Assembly (NCBI GenBank): GCA_026770705.1
Contig: JANJGN010000016.1
Span: forward strand, 86,552,001-86,616,000
Source of the DNA: Isurus oxyrinchus
Lineage: Eukaryota
Reading direction: 5' to 3'
Length of the DNA stretch: 64,000 bases
Part shown: piece by piece, positions 43,811 to 59,700 of the stretch
Position numbering within the stretch: the first letter of the stretch is position 1
How the letters are laid out: the number at the start of each line of letters is the position of its first letter
Program-made: the position numbers and the translations under genes
Notes under the pieces: model-generated
What the model saw: only the letters and a program-made list of their open reading frames with translations
Database searches by the model: none
Told to the model about the DNA's origin: nothing

Positions 43811-46800
43811 TGGCATCACACATCCCATCACCATCGACATCACCACTCCCCCCCAACCCCAGCATCATCCGCACCCACCCCCCACCGCCGGAAGCACCCA
43901 ACCCCCACCCATGGCATGAACCATCGCCCCAGCCCCGGAATCACTAACTGCCCCAAACCCCCGCATCATCCATCCCCTCACGACCGACATTATCCACCCC
44001 CCCATACCCAAATTCACCTCTCCCCCAAACCCCCGGCATCACCCACACCCCCAGCATCACCCACCCCCCTCCACCCCAGGCAACACCCTTCACCTCCACC
44101 CCAATATCACGCACCCTCTCACACCTGGCTTCACCAAACACCCCACTGGCATCACCCACTCCCCCATTCCCGCATCACCCACCGCCCCCCATCCCCAGCA
44201 TCACCCAACCCTCAACCGCAGCATCACCCACCCCCGGCAACACACAAACCCCCTACCCCCGGCATCAACTATCACCCCCACCCCTGTCATCACACACCCC
44301 CTCACCCCCAGCAACACCCACACCCCCAACATTGGAATCACCCAACCCACCACCCCCGGCATCACCCACTCCTTCACCCCCAGCATCACCCAACCCCAAC
44401 CATGCGTCCCTCACCCAACACCCACCACCGGCATCATCCACACTCCCACCTCTAGCAGTACTCACATCCGCACCCCCGGCATCAACCAGGCCCCCAGCAT
44501 CACCCACCCACTACCCCAGGCATCACCCACGCCCACAATCCCGGCATCACACACCCCCTCACCACCTGCATTACCCACCACCCCCCCCACCCCCAGCATC
44601 ACCTATTCCCCCTCCCCGGCATCACCCACCATTCCAACCCCGGCATCAAACACTCCCCTACCCCAGGCATTATCCACCACCTCACCCCCGGCACCACCTA
44701 ACGCCTCTCCCCGACATCACCTTTCCCTCCACCCCCAGCATCACCCACCCCCCCACCTACGGCATCATCCACCTTCCCACACCTGGAATCACCCAACCCA
44801 CACCCCTGGCATCACCCACACCCCATCCCCGGCATCAACCAACCCCCACACCCGGAAACTTCCACTCCCCCAACAATGGCATCACCCACCCCCACGAACC
44901 ATCGGCATCACCCACACCCCCACCCCCACCCCCGGTATCACCTGCCCCCTCACCCCCAGCAACACCTACACCGCAAACACTGGCATCAACCACCCCCAGC
45001 ATCACCCAAAACCCCCTACCCCAGCATCACCCACTCCCCCAAGACCGGCATCAGCCAGAACCACCACCTCCGGCATTACCCACTCACTCACACCCAGCAT
45101 CCACCAGCACCCCATCCATGGGCCCTCATCCCCCACCCCCAGCATCAGCCAACCGCCATGCGCGGTATCACCCACCACCCGACCCCTGGCATCTGCCAAC
45201 CCCACCCACGGCATCAGCCAACACCCAGTACCAGCATTACCAATTCCCCCACCTTTGGCATTACCCACTCTCCCACCCCCCGTATCACCCAACCCCCAAC
45301 CCCGGCATCATCAACACCCCCACCTTTGGCATTACTCGCTCCCCGACACCCAGCATCACCCAGGCCCCCATCCCAGGCATCAACCACCCCCCCAACCACT
45401 GGAATCACCCACCCCCTAACTCAGGCGTCACCCACGTCCACAAACCTGGCATCACCTATTCCCCCAACCTCGGCATGGACCCACCATCCCACCCCCCGCA
45501 TCACCCACCCCCTACCCCAGGCATCACCCACGACCATCACACCGGCATCAGCCACCACCCCCCCACTCCCGGCGTCATCCACCCCACCCCCACACCCCAG
45601 CATCACCCATCCGCCCCAATCCTGCCATCACCCACCCCCGACATTACCCAAACCCCCATACCAGGCATCACCCACCCAATCATCCTCAGCATCAGCGCCC
45701 CACTCCTACCCCAGGCATCAACCCCCCCAACCCCGGCATCACCCGCCTCCCCCCACGACATCACCACCCCCCCTAACCCCGGCATCACCCGCCCCCCCCC
45801 CCACGAACGGAATAAGCCACCCCCCCACCCATGGCATGAACCATCGCCCCTCCCCCAGAATCACTAACCCCCCCAACCCCCGGCACCACGCACCCCCTCA
45901 CCACCGGCATTACCCACCGCCCCATACACAACATCACCACTCCCCTCACCCCTGACATTACCCACGCCCCCAAAACCTGGCATCACCCACGCACCCACTC
46001 TGGCATCATCAACACCCCCAACCCCCGGCATCAGCCACCCCCAGCATCACCCAGCTCCTGACCCCAGGCAACACCCACCACTTCCACCCCAAATATCACA
46101 CACCTCCTCACCCCTGGCTTCACCAAACACACCACCGGCATCACTCACTCCCCCACTCCCGCATCACCCACCACTCAACCATGGCATCACACACCCCGGG
46201 CCTCACACAACCCCCGTAGCCCCGGCATCGCACACCCACTCACCCCCAGCAACACCCACACCCCCAATATTGGAATCACCCAACCCCCCCACTCCCGGCA
46301 TCCCCCACCCCAACACCCTCGGCATCTCCCACAACCCCCACCCTCAACCCCGGCATCACCAACCCCCCCACATCTGGCATCACCCACACCACCAACCCTG
46401 GCATCACCCAACCAGACCTCAACCCCGGCATCACCCAGCCACCGCACCACCTCGGGCATCACCCACAAACCCACCCCCAACACCGGCATCAACAAACCCC
46501 CTACCCCCGGCAACACCCACACCACCAACCCAGGCATCATCATCGCCCCCATCCCCGGCATCACCCACAGCACCAACCCCGGCATCACCCACCCCCTCAC
46601 CCCCGGCTCACCCCCCCCAACCCCCGGCATCACCCACGTCCCCCACCGCCAGCATCACCCACCCCTCCACCCTCGCCATTACCCATCGCCCCACCCCCGG
46701 CATCACCAACACCCGGCATCACCAAACCCTCAAGTCACCGGTATCACAAACCCCCGGCATCACACACCCACCCAACCCCTGACTTCACCCAATACCCCAC

Positions 46801-49800
46801 CTCCCCGGCATCACACGCCCCCCCACTCCCCATGTCACACACCCCCACCCCCACCCACACCCACCATCACCCAACCCTCCAACCCTGCCAACAACAACTC
46901 CCACTATCACCCAGCACCCCCACATCCAGCATCACCCACCTCCTCACCGCCAGCAACACCGACACCACCAACCCTGCCATCACCCTTCACCGGCATTACC
47001 CACACCCGACCACCCCCCGGAATCATCCACCCCACCCCACACCCGCCACCATCCACCCGCCCATCTCTGGCATCAACCAACCCCACACCTGGCATCAGGC
47101 AGCCCCCACCCCTGGCATCACCCACCCCTGGCATTACCACCCGCTACCTCCGGCTTCACAACCCACCCCCTACCTCCGGCATCACCCATCATGCTACACC
47201 TGGCATCCTCCACCGCTGCATCCCTGGCACCACACCCCCCACCAAACTGCCACCATGCAACCCCACCCCAATTCCCGGCATCAACCACCCAGCGCCCAAC
47301 CCTGGAATCATCCACCCCGAGCATTACACCCCCCCCAACCCATGGCAACAACCCCCACCCCCAACCCCGGCATCTCCCACCCCCCAACCCGGGCATCACC
47401 CACACCCACAACCCCGGCATCACGCACCCCACCACCCCCGGCATCACCCACAACCCCCACCCCCAACCCCAGCATCACCACATCCCCACCCCTAGCACCA
47501 CCCACAACCCCACCCCCGGCATCACCAACACCCTCAACCCCTGCATCACTCTCAGCCCGGCTTTGCCCACCCTCTCACTCCCGGAATCACCCATCCGACC
47601 ACTCCAGGCATCACCCACCTCCTCACCCCAGGCATCACTCAACCTCTCACCCCCGACACTACAACCACCCCCCGCCCCCCACCGCTGGCATCACCCAACC
47701 CCCCCACGTACAGGCATGACCCATCGCCCCACCCCCGGCATCACCAACATCCCCAATCCACGGCACCACCCATCCCCGGCATCGCCCACACCCCCACCCC
47801 CGGCAACAGCAACTACCACCACCCCCGGCATCACACACACCCTCACCCCTGGCTTCACCCAACATCCCAACCCCCGGCATCACCCACCCCCCCACTCCCG
47901 GCGTCATCCACCCTACCCCCACCCCCAGCATTACCCAGCCCCCCCAATTCTGCAATCACCCACCCCCGACATTACCCAACCCCCCCATACCAGGCATCAC
48001 CCACCCAATCATCCTTGGCATCAGCGCCCCACTCCAACCCCATGCATCAACCCCTCCCACACCCACGGCATCACCCACCATCTCACCCACGACATCACCA
48101 CCCCCCCCAACCCGGGCATCACCCGCCCCCTCCACCAATGGAATCACTCACTCCCCCACTCATGGCATGAACCATCGCCCTATCCCCCGAATCACTAACC
48201 CCCCCCAACCCCCGGCATCACCCACCCCCTCACCACCGGCATTACCCACCCCCCCATACACAGCATCACCACTCCCGCCACCCCCGGCATCACACACCCC
48301 ACCAACTCTGGCATCACCAACACCCCCAACCCCCGGCATCAGCCACCCCCAGCATCACCCAACCCCCACCACCAGCATCACCAACAACTGGCATCACCAA
48401 ACCCTCCAGTCACCGGCATCACCCACCCCCGGTATCACACACCCCCACAACCCTTGGCACCTGGCTTCACACAACACCCCACCTCCCCGGCATTACACGC
48501 ACCCCCACTCCCCGTGTCACCCATCCACCCACCCACACCCATCATCACCCACCCCTCCAACCCTGCCAACAACCACTCCCGGCATCACCCACTACCCCCA
48601 CAACCAGCATCACCCACCCCCTCATCGCCAGCAACACCGACACCACCAACCCTGCCATCAACCTGCCCCGCCATTACCCAGCCCCTACCGCCCCCCGGAA
48701 TCATCCACCCCACCCCAAACACGCCACCATCCACCCACCCATCTCCGGCATCAACCAACCCCACACCCGTCATCACGCAGCCCCCACCCCTGGCATCACC
48801 CACCCCCGGCATTACCCACCGCCTACCTCCTGCATCACACCCCACCCCCTACATCCGGCATCACCCATCATGCTACACCCGGCATCCCCCACCGCCGCAT
48901 CCCTGGCACCATTCCCCCAAACCAAAGTGCCACCCTGCACCCCCCCCCCCCCAATTCCCGGCATCAACCACCCACCTACACCCGGCATCACCCAGCTCCC
49001 AACCCTGGAATCACCCACCCCCGGCATTACATACCCCCTAACCCCGGCATCACCCACCCCCCCAACCCCGGCATCACGCACCCCACCACCCCCGGCATCA
49101 CCCACAACACCCACCCCCAACCCCGCCATCACCACATCCCCACCCCTAGCACCACCCACAACCCCACCCCCGGCATCACCCACACCCTCAACCCCGGCAT
49201 CACGCAAACCTCCAGCCCGGCATCACTCACCCTCTCACTCCCGGAATCACCCATCCTACCACCCCTGGCATCACTCACCTCCTCACCCCAGGCATCACCC
49301 AACTTCTCTTCCCTGACACCACGACCCCCCCCCCACCACCGCTGGCATCACCGAACCCCCCCATGCACAGGCATGACCCATCGCCCCACCCCCGGCATCA
49401 CCAGCATCCCCAATCCCTGGCATCACCCACCCCCGGCATCGCCCACACCACCACCCCAGGCAACAGCAACTACTACCACTCCCAGCATCACACACCCCCT
49501 CACCCCTGGCTTCACCCAACATCCCAACCCCCGGCATCACCCACCCCCCCACTCCCGGCGTCATCCACCCTACCCCCACCCCCAGCATCACCCAGCCCCC
49601 CCAATTCTGCCATCACCCACCCCCAACATTACCCACACCCCATACCAGGCATCACCCACCCAATCATCCACCCCCCCACCCAAACCCATTATCACCCACC
49701 CCTCCAACCCTGCCAACACCCACTCCCGGCATCACCCACCACCCCCACACCGAGCATCAACCACCCCCTCACCGCCTGCAACACCGACACCACCAAACCT

Positions 49801-52393
49801 GCAAGCACCCTGCCCCGGCATTACCCACCCCCTACCGACCCCAGAATCATCCACCCCACCCCACATCCGCCACCATCCACCTGCTCATCTCCTGCATCAA
49901 CCAACCCCACACCCGGCATCACGCAGCCTCCAGCCCTGGGATCACCCACCCCCGGCATTACCCATCCCCTAACTCCTGCATTACACCCCACCCCCTACCT
50001 CCGGCATCACCCATCATGCTACATCCGGCATCCCCCACCGCCGCATCCCCGGCACGATTCCCCCAAACCAAAGTGCCACCATGCACCCCCCCAATTCCCG
50101 GCATCAACCACCCACCTACACCCAGCATCACCCAGCTCCCAACCCTGGAATCAACCACTCCCGGCATTACATACCCCCCAACCCATGGCAAAAACCACCA
50201 CCCCCAACCCCAGCATCACCCACCCCCCCAACCCCGGCATCACGCACCCCACCACCCCCGGCATCACCCACAACACCCACCCCCAACCCCGCCATCACCA
50301 CATCCCCACCCCTAGCACCACCCACAACCCCAACCCCCGGCATCACCCACACCCTCAACCCTGGCATCACTCAAACCTCCAGCCCGGCATCACCCACCCT
50401 CTCACTCCCGGAATCACCCATCCTACCATCCCTGGCATCACTCACCTCCTCACCCCAGGCATCACCCAACCCCCACCCGCGGCATCACCCAACCTCTCAC
50501 CCCCGACACTATAACCTCGCCCCACCCCACCGCTGGCATCACCCAACCCCCCATCGCCGGCATCACCCACCCCCCCACGCACAGTCATGACTCATCGCCA
50601 CACCCCCGACATCACCAACCTACCCAATCCCCGGCATCACCTCCTCCCGGCATCGCCCACACCCCCACGCCCGGCAACAGCAACTACCACCACCCCTGGC
50701 ATCACACACCCCCGTCACCCCTGGCTTCACCCAACATCCCAACCCCTGGCATCACCCAACCCCCCACTCCCGGCGTCATCCACCCCACCCCCACCCCTAG
50801 CATCACACATCCCCCCCAACCCTGCCATCACCCACCCCCGACATTACCCACCCCCACTTACCTGGCATCACGCAACCCATCACCATCGACATCACCACTC
50901 CCCCCAACCCCAGCATCACCCGCACCCCCCCCCCCCCCCACCGCCGGAAGCACCCAACCCCCAACCATGGCATGAACCTTTGCCCCAGCCCCGGAATCAC
51001 TAACCCTCCCAAACCCGGGCAACATCCATCCCCTCACCACCGGCATTATCCACTCCCCCATACCCAGATTCACCACTCCCCCCACCCCCGGCATCACCCA
51101 CCCACCCAACTCTGGCATCACCAACCCCCCCCAACCCCCGGCATCCCCCACCCCCCAGCATCACCCACCCCCTCCACCCCAGGCAACACCCTTCACCTCC
51201 ACCCTAATATCATGCACCTTCTCACACCTGGTTTCACCAAACACGCCACCGGCATCAACCACTCCCCGACTCCCCCACTCCCCCATCACCCACTCCCCCC
51301 CATCCCCAGCATCACCCAACCCTCAACCGCGGCATCACCCACCCCCGGCAACACACAACCCCCCTACCCCCGGCATCAACTATCACCCCCACCCCTGTCA
51401 TCACACACCCCCTCACCCCCAGCAACACCCACACCCCCAACATTGGAATCACCCAACCCCCCACTCCCGGCATCACCCACCCCACCACCCCCGGCATCAC
51501 CCACAACCCCCACCCTCACCCCTGGCATCACCCTCCCCACCATCCCCGGCATCACCCACTACTCCCACTACCAACCCCGGCATCACCCACACCCTCACCC
51601 CCAGCATCAACACCAACCACCCTCGGCATCACCCACCCAACCACCCCCGATATCACCACCCCCTCACCCCTGGCATCACCACCAACCCCCCCCACCCCCA
51701 GCATCACCCACATCCCCCACCGCCAGCATCACCCACCCCTCCACCCTCGCCATTACCCATCGCCCCACCCCCAGCATCACCCACTTCCGGCATCACACAA
51801 CTCCCAACCCCTGGCTTCACCCAACACCCCACCTCCCCGGCATCACACACCCCCCCACTCACAGGGTCATCCACCCACACCCACCCACACCCATCATCAC
51901 CCATCCCTCCAACCCTGCCAACACCCACCCCCAGCATCACCCGCCACCCCCACACCCAGCATCACCCACCCCCTCACCGCCAGCAACACCGACACCACCA
52001 ACCCTGCTATCACACTTCCCCGGCATTACCCACCCCCTACCGCCCCCCGAAATAATCCATCACACCCCACCCCACCCCCGCCATCATCCACCCGCCCATC
52101 TCCGGCATCAACCAACCCCACACCCGGTATCATGCAGCCACCACCCATGGCATCACCCATCCCCGGCATTACACAACCCCTAATCCATGGCAACACCCAC
52201 CAACCCCATCCCCAGCAAAACCCACACCGCCAACACTGGCATCATCCACTCCTAGCATCACCCACCCCACCACGCCCGGCATCACACAAAACCGCCACCA
52301 CCACTCCCAGCATCACACACACCCCCTACACCGGCATCACTACCACTTCACGCCCAGCATCACCCATTCCGCCACCACCGACATCACCCAAAC

Positions 52394-54630
52394 CCCCACC
52401 TCCGGCATTACCCACTCCTTCACCCCCAGCATCACCCAACCCCAACCATGGGTTCCTCACCCCCTCCCCCAGTATCAGCCAATACTCACCCGTGGCATCA
52501 CCCAATCCCCACCACCGGCATCATCAACACTCCCACCTCTGGCAGTACCCACCTCCGCACCCCCAGCATCAACCAGGCCCCCATCCCAGGCATCAACCAC
52601 CCCCCCACCCCCGGCATCACCCATCCACTACCCCAGGCATCACCCACGCCCACAACCCCGGCATCACACACCCCCTCACCACTGGCATCACCCACCCCCC
52701 CCCCACCCCCAGCATCACCTATTCCCCCACCCCGGCATCACCCACCATCCCAACCCCGGCATCAAACACTCCCCTACCCCAGTCATCATCCACCCCCTCA
52801 ACCCCGGCACCACCAAACCCCCCGCCCCGATATCACCTATTCCTCCACCCCCTGCGTCACCCACACCCCCACCCACGGCATCACCCACCTTCCCACACAT
52901 GGAATCACCCAACCCACAACCCTGGCATCACCCACCCCCCTACCCCAGGCCTCACACTCACCCACACCCCCGGCATCACCCACACCCCATCCTCGGCATC
53001 AACCAGCCCCCAACAATGGCATCACCCACCCCCACGAACCACCGGCTTCACCCACCCCCACGAACCACCGGCTTCACCCCCACCCCTACACCCAGTATCA
53101 CCTGCCCCCTCACCCCCAGCAACGCCTACACCGCCAACACTGGCATCAACCACCTCCGGCATCACCCACAACACCCAACCCCACTCATGGCACCACCCAC
53201 AACCCCCTACCCCGGCATCACCCACTCCCCCAACCCCGGCATCACCCAGAACCACCACCTCTGGCATTACCCACTCCCTCACACCCAGCATCCACCAACC
53301 CCTCACCCATGGGCCCTCATCCCCCACCCCCAGCATCAGCCAACCGCCACGTGTGGTATCACCCACCACCCGACCCCTGGCATCTGCCAACCCCACCCAT
53401 GGCATCACCCAACACCCAGCACCAGCATCACCAACACCCCCACCTTTGACATTACCCACTCCCCCACCCCCAGCATCACCCTACCCCCACCCCCGGCATC
53501 ATCAACACCCCCACCTCCGGCATTACCCACTCCTTCACCCCCAGCATCACCCAACCCCAACCATGGGTCCCTCACCCCCTCCCCCAGTATCAGCCAATAC
53601 TCACCCCTGGCATCACCCAAACCCCACCACCGGCATCATCAACACTCCCACCTCTGGCAGTACCCACCTCCGCACCCCCAGCATCAACCAGGCCCCCATC
53701 CCAGGCATCAACCACCCCCCCACCCCCCGGCATCACCCATCCACTACCCCAGGCGTCACCCACGCCCACAACCCCGGCATCACACACCCCCTCACCACTG
53801 GCATCACCCACCCCCCCCCCACCCCCAGCATCACCTATTCCCCCTACCCCGGCATCACCCACCATCCCAACCCCGGCATCAAACACTCCCCTACCCCAGT
53901 CATCATCCACCCCCTCACCCCGGCACCACCAAACCCCCCGCCCCGATATCACCTATTCCTCCACCCCCTGCATCACCCACACCCCCACCCACGGCATCAC
54001 CCACCTTCCCACACATGGAATCACCCAACCCACAACCCTGGCATCACCCACCCCCCTACCCCAGGCCTCACACTCACCCACACCCCCGGCATCACCCACA
54101 CCCCATCCTCGGCATCAACCAACCCCCAACAATGGCATCACCCACCCCCACGAACCACCGGCTTCACCCACCCCCACGAACCACCGGCTTCACCCCCACC
54201 CCCACACCCAGTATCACCTGCCCCCTCACCCCCAGCAACGCCTACACCGCCAACACTGGCATCAACCACCTCCGGCATCACCCACAACACCCAACCCCAC
54301 TCATGGCATCACCCACAACCCCCTACCCCGGCATCACCCACTCCCCCAACCCCGGCATCACCCAGAACCACCACCTCTGGCATTACCCACTCCCTCACAC
54401 CCAGCATCCACCAACCCCTCACCCATGGGCCCTCATCCCCCACCCCCAGCATCAGCCAACCGCCACGTGTGGTATCACCCACCACCCGACCCCTGGCATC
54501 TGCCAACCCCACCCATGGCATCACCCAACACCCAGCACCAGCATCACCAACACCCCCACCTTTGACATTACCCACTCCCCCAACCCCAGCATCACCCTAC
54601 CCCCACCCCCGGCATCATCAACACCCCCAC
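52394..54630 (+). repeat. Tandem duplication of 1116 bp
   Basis: GATATCACCTATTCC at 52829 and 53945; GTGTGGTATC at 53351 and 54467; both offset 1116. Confidence 0.9.
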
Positions 54631-56720
54631 CTTTGGCATTACTCACTCCCCGATCCCCAGCATCACACAGCCCCCTCACCTCCGGCATTACCCACTCCCT
54701 CGCCGCCAACATCACCCATCCCCCCACCCATGGGTCTCTCATCCCCTGACCCCAGGCATCAGCCAACCCCCACCCGCAGCATCACCCAGCACCCGATCCC
54801 AGGCATCAGCCAAACCCCACCCCCGGGATCACCCAACCTCCAGCACCGGCATCAACCACACCCCCAACTCTGGCATTACCCACTCCCCGACCCCCGGCAT
54901 CACACAGGCCCCCATCCCAGGCATAAACCACCCCCCGGCCCCCAGCATCACCCACCCCCTACCCCAGGCGTCACCCACACCCATCATCCCGGTACTACCC
55001 ACCACCCTATAACCAGCATCACCACTCCCCCCCACCCCCGGCATCACCCACCCCCAGCATCACCCACCCTCCCACTCCAGGCCCACCCCCAATATCACAC
55101 ACCTCCTCAGCCCTGGCTTCACCAAACACCCAATCCAACCGGCATCATCCACACCCCCCACCATCCCCAGCATCACACAACCATCAACCGTGGCGTCACC
55201 AGCCCTGGCATCACCCAACCCCCCCCCACACCTGGCATCACCTATCACTCCCAAACCCGGAATCACACACCCCCTCACCCCCAGCAACACCCACACCCTC
55301 AACATTGGCAACAACCCCCACCCCACCCCCGGCTAACCCACCCCACCACTCCCAGCATCACCCACAACCCCCACCCCAACCCCGGCATCACCCAACCCCC
55401 CAACCCTGGCATCACCTACATCCCCAGCCCCCCGGCATCACACACATCTCCAACCCTGGCATCACTCAGCCCCCCACCTCCGGCATTACCCTCTCCCACA
55501 CATCCAGCATCATCCAACCCCACAACCATGTGTCCCTCACCCCTACCCCCGGCATCACCAACCCCACCCTTGGCATTACCCAATCCCACCTCAGGCATTA
55601 CCCACTCCCCCGACACCCCGGCATCACTCAGGCCCCCATCCCAGACATCAACCACCCCCCCACCCACGGCATCATCAACACCCCCACCTTTGGCATTACT
55701 CACTCCCCGATCCCCAGCATCACACAGCCCCCCCACCTCCGGCATTACCCACTCCCTCACCGCCAACATCACCCATCCCCCCACCCATGGGTCCCTCATC
55801 CCCCAACCCCGGCATCAGCCAACCCCCACCCGCGGCATCACCCAGCACCCGATCCCAGGCATCAGCCAAACCCCACCCCCGGGATCACCCAACCTCCAGA
55901 ACCGGCATCAACCACACCCCCCAACTCTGGCATTACCCACTCCCCGACCCCCGGCATCACACAGGCCCCCATCCCAGGCATAAACCACCCCCCGGCCCCC
56001 AGCATCACCCACCCCCTACCCCAGGCGTCACCCACACCCATCATCCCGGTACCACCCACCACCCCCCATAACCAGCATCACCACTCCCCCACCCCCGGCA
56101 TCACCCACCCCCAGCATCACCCACCCTCCCACTCCAGGCCCACCCCCAATATCACACACCTCCTCAGCCCTGGCTTCACCAAACACCCAATCCAACCGGC
56201 ATCATCCACACCCCCCACCATCCCCAGCATCACACAACCATCAACCGTGGCGTCACCAGCCCTGGCATCACCCAACCCCCCCCACACCTGGCATCACCTA
56301 TCACTCCCAAACCCGGAATCACACACCCCCTCACCCCCAGCAACACCCACACCCCCAACATTGACAACAATCCCCGCCCCACTCCCGGCTAACCCACCCC
56401 ACCACTCCCAGCATCACCCACAACCCCCACCCCAACCCCGGCATCACCCAACCCCCCAACCCTGGCATCACCTACATCCCCAGCCCCCCGGCATCACCAC
56501 ACATCTCCAACCCTGGCATCACCCAGCCCCCCACCTCCGGCATTACCCTCTCTCACACATCCAGCATCTTCCAACCCCACAACCATGTGTCCCTCACCCC
56601 TACCCCCGGCATCACCAACCCCCACCCTTGGCATTACCCAATCCCACCTCAGGCATTACCCACTCCCCCAACACCCGGCATCACTCAGGCCCCCATCCCA
56701 GACATCAACCGCCCCCCCCA
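54611..56720 (+). repeat. Tandem duplication of about 1056 bp
   Basis: GATCCCCAGC at 54652/55709, GATCCCAGGC at 54795/55851, and CCATGTGTCCC at about 55526/56583; offsets 1056-1057. Confidence 0.88.
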
Positions 56721-59700
56721 CCCCCGGCATCACCCACCCCATACCCCAGGCGTCACCCACTCCCGCAACCCCGGCATCACACAGCCCCTCACCCCTGGTA
56801 TCACCAACCCCCCCCACCCCCGACATCACCTATTCCCCCAGCCCCGGCATCACCCAACACCTCCACCCCCTGCATCACCCACCGCTTCAACCCCAGCATC
56901 ACCAATCACATCACCCCTGGCATCAGCCACTCCCCCATCCCCGGCATCACCAACGCCGTCCACCCTCATCATCACCCAACCCCTCAACCCCGGCATCAGC
57001 CACCCTCCCACCCATGGCATCACCCACCCCCCTACCCCCGGCATCACCCAATCCCTGACCCCCAGCATCACTCAAACCCCCACCCATGGGTCCCTCAACC
57101 CCACCCCCGGCATCAGCCAATCCCCACCCGCGGCATCACCCAACCCCCACCACCGGCATCACCCACAATCCCACCTCTGGCATTACCCACTCCCCCACCA
57201 CCAGCATCACCCAGGCCCCCATCCCAGGCACCAACCAACCCCGAACCCCGGCATCACCCACCCCCTGCCCCAGGCGTCACCCATGCCCACAACCCCGGCA
57301 TCACACATCCCCTCACCCCCCGCATCACCCACGCCCTCACCCCTGGCATCATCCATTCCCCCATCCCCGGCATCACCACTATCCCAAACCCGGCATCACC
57401 CACTCCCCTACCCCAGGCATCAGCCACGCCCATCACCCCAGCATAACCTACTCCCTCAACCCCGGAACCACCAACACCCCCCAACCCCTGACATCAGCTA
57501 TACCCCACCCCTACATCACTCAACACTTCCACCCCTGGCATTACCCACCCCCTCAATCCCAGCAACACCCATCACGTCAGCCCTGGCATCACACACCCCA
57601 CCACCCCCGGCATCACCCAATCCCCCACTACTGGCATCATCAACGCCCTCCACCCCCCGGCATCACCCACCCCCTCAACCCCGGCATCAATCATCACCCT
57701 ACCACCGGCATCAGCCATGCCCCCATCCCCAGAATCACCCACCCCCCCACCCTCTGCAACACTCACCCCCCAACACATGGCATCACCTAACCCCTAACCC
57801 CGGCATCACCCACATCCTCACTCCCGGCATCAACCACCCCACAAAACCCTGGCATCACCCACCCCCCCAACCCCTGCATCTCCCATACCCCGACCACCGG
57901 CATCACCCACCCGCCTCACCCCCGGCATCAACCACCCCCTCACTCCCGGCATCACCCACCCCCCCCACACCCACCATCACTCAACCCGCACACATGCATC
58001 ACCCACACCCCTGCCCCCTCACCCCCGACATCATCCACACCACGCCCCCCCACACCCCCGGCATCACCCACACCCCATCCCCGGCATCAACCAGCCCCCC
58101 CCACACCCAGCATCTTCCAACCCCCACCCCCGGTATCACCTGCGCCCTCACCCCAGCAACACCCACTCCACCAACCCTGCCATCACACAGCCCCGGCATC
58201 ACCCACAGCCCCCACTCCGGGCATCACCCACCTTCCTACACCTGGCATCACACACTCCCCCAACCCCAGCATCACCAACGCCCTCCACCGTTGACATCAC
58301 CCACCCCCTAACCCCGGCATCACCCAACACCTGACCCCCAGCATCACTCAAACCCCCACCCATGGGTCTCTAACCCCCACCCCCGGCACCAGCCAATCCC
58401 CACCCGCTGCATCACCCACCGACTACCCCAGGCATCACCCATGCCCACAACCCCGGCATCACACATCCACTCACCCCCGGCATCACCCACGCCCCCACCA
58501 ATGGCATTACTCACCATCCCAACCCCAACACTGACATCACCCACAGCCCCCACTCCAGGCATCAGCCACCCCACCACCTCCGGCATCACCCACCCCCCCA
58601 TCCCCTGCATCACACACACCCACCACCCCCGGCAACACGAACTACCCCCAACCCCAGCTTCACGCAACAACCCACCTCCCCGGCATCACACGCCTCCCCA
58701 CACCCGTCATCACCCACCCCTCCAACCGTGCCAACACCCACCCCTGGCATCACCCACCACTACCCACCCCCACCCCAAGCATCACCCACCCCCTTACTGC
58801 CAGCAACACCCACTCCACCAACCCTGCCACCACACAGCCCCAGCATTACCCTCCCCCTACCCCAGACATCACACTCCCTCTAACCCCCAGCATCACCCAC
58901 CCCCTCACCACCGGCACCAGCCACCCACCCCCACACCCAACTTCACCTATTCCCCCACCCCCAGCATCACCCACTCGCCCAACCCCGGCATCACCCAGCG
59001 CCCCGACCCCCGGTATCACCTCCCACCTCACCCCCAGCAACACCTACGCTGCCAACAGTGGCATCACCCACACCCCCCACTCCAGGCATCACCCATCCCA
59101 CTAACCCGCCATCACCCACCAACCCCACTACCAGCAACACCCAAACCGCCAACAATGGCACTACCCACTGCCGGCATCACCCACACCACCACCCCCGGCA
59201 TCACCCACAAACCCCAACCCAACTCCCGGCATCACCCACAACCCCTACCCCAGCATCACCATCCCCACACGCCCGGCATCACCCACTCCCCCACCCCCGG
59301 TATCTCCCAGCCCCTCACCTCCGGCATTACCCACTCCCTCACCCCTAGCGTCACCCAACCCCCCACCCATAGGTCCCTCACCCCCACCCCCGGCATCAGC
59401 CAAACCCCTAGCACCGGCATCACCCACACCCCCAGCTTTGGTATTACCCACTTCCGCACCCCTAGCATAACACAGGCCCCCAGCCCTGGCATCACCCACA
59501 CCCCCAGCTCTGGCATTTCGCACTCCCACACCCCCGGCATCGCCCAACCCCTACCCCAGGCATCACTCACGCCCACAATCCTGGCATCACACACCCCCTC
59601 ACACCCGGCATCACCCTCTACACCACCCCTGACATCACCTATTGCCCCTCCCCCGGCATCAACAACCTCCTCCACCCCTGGCATCACCCCCCCCCACCCA

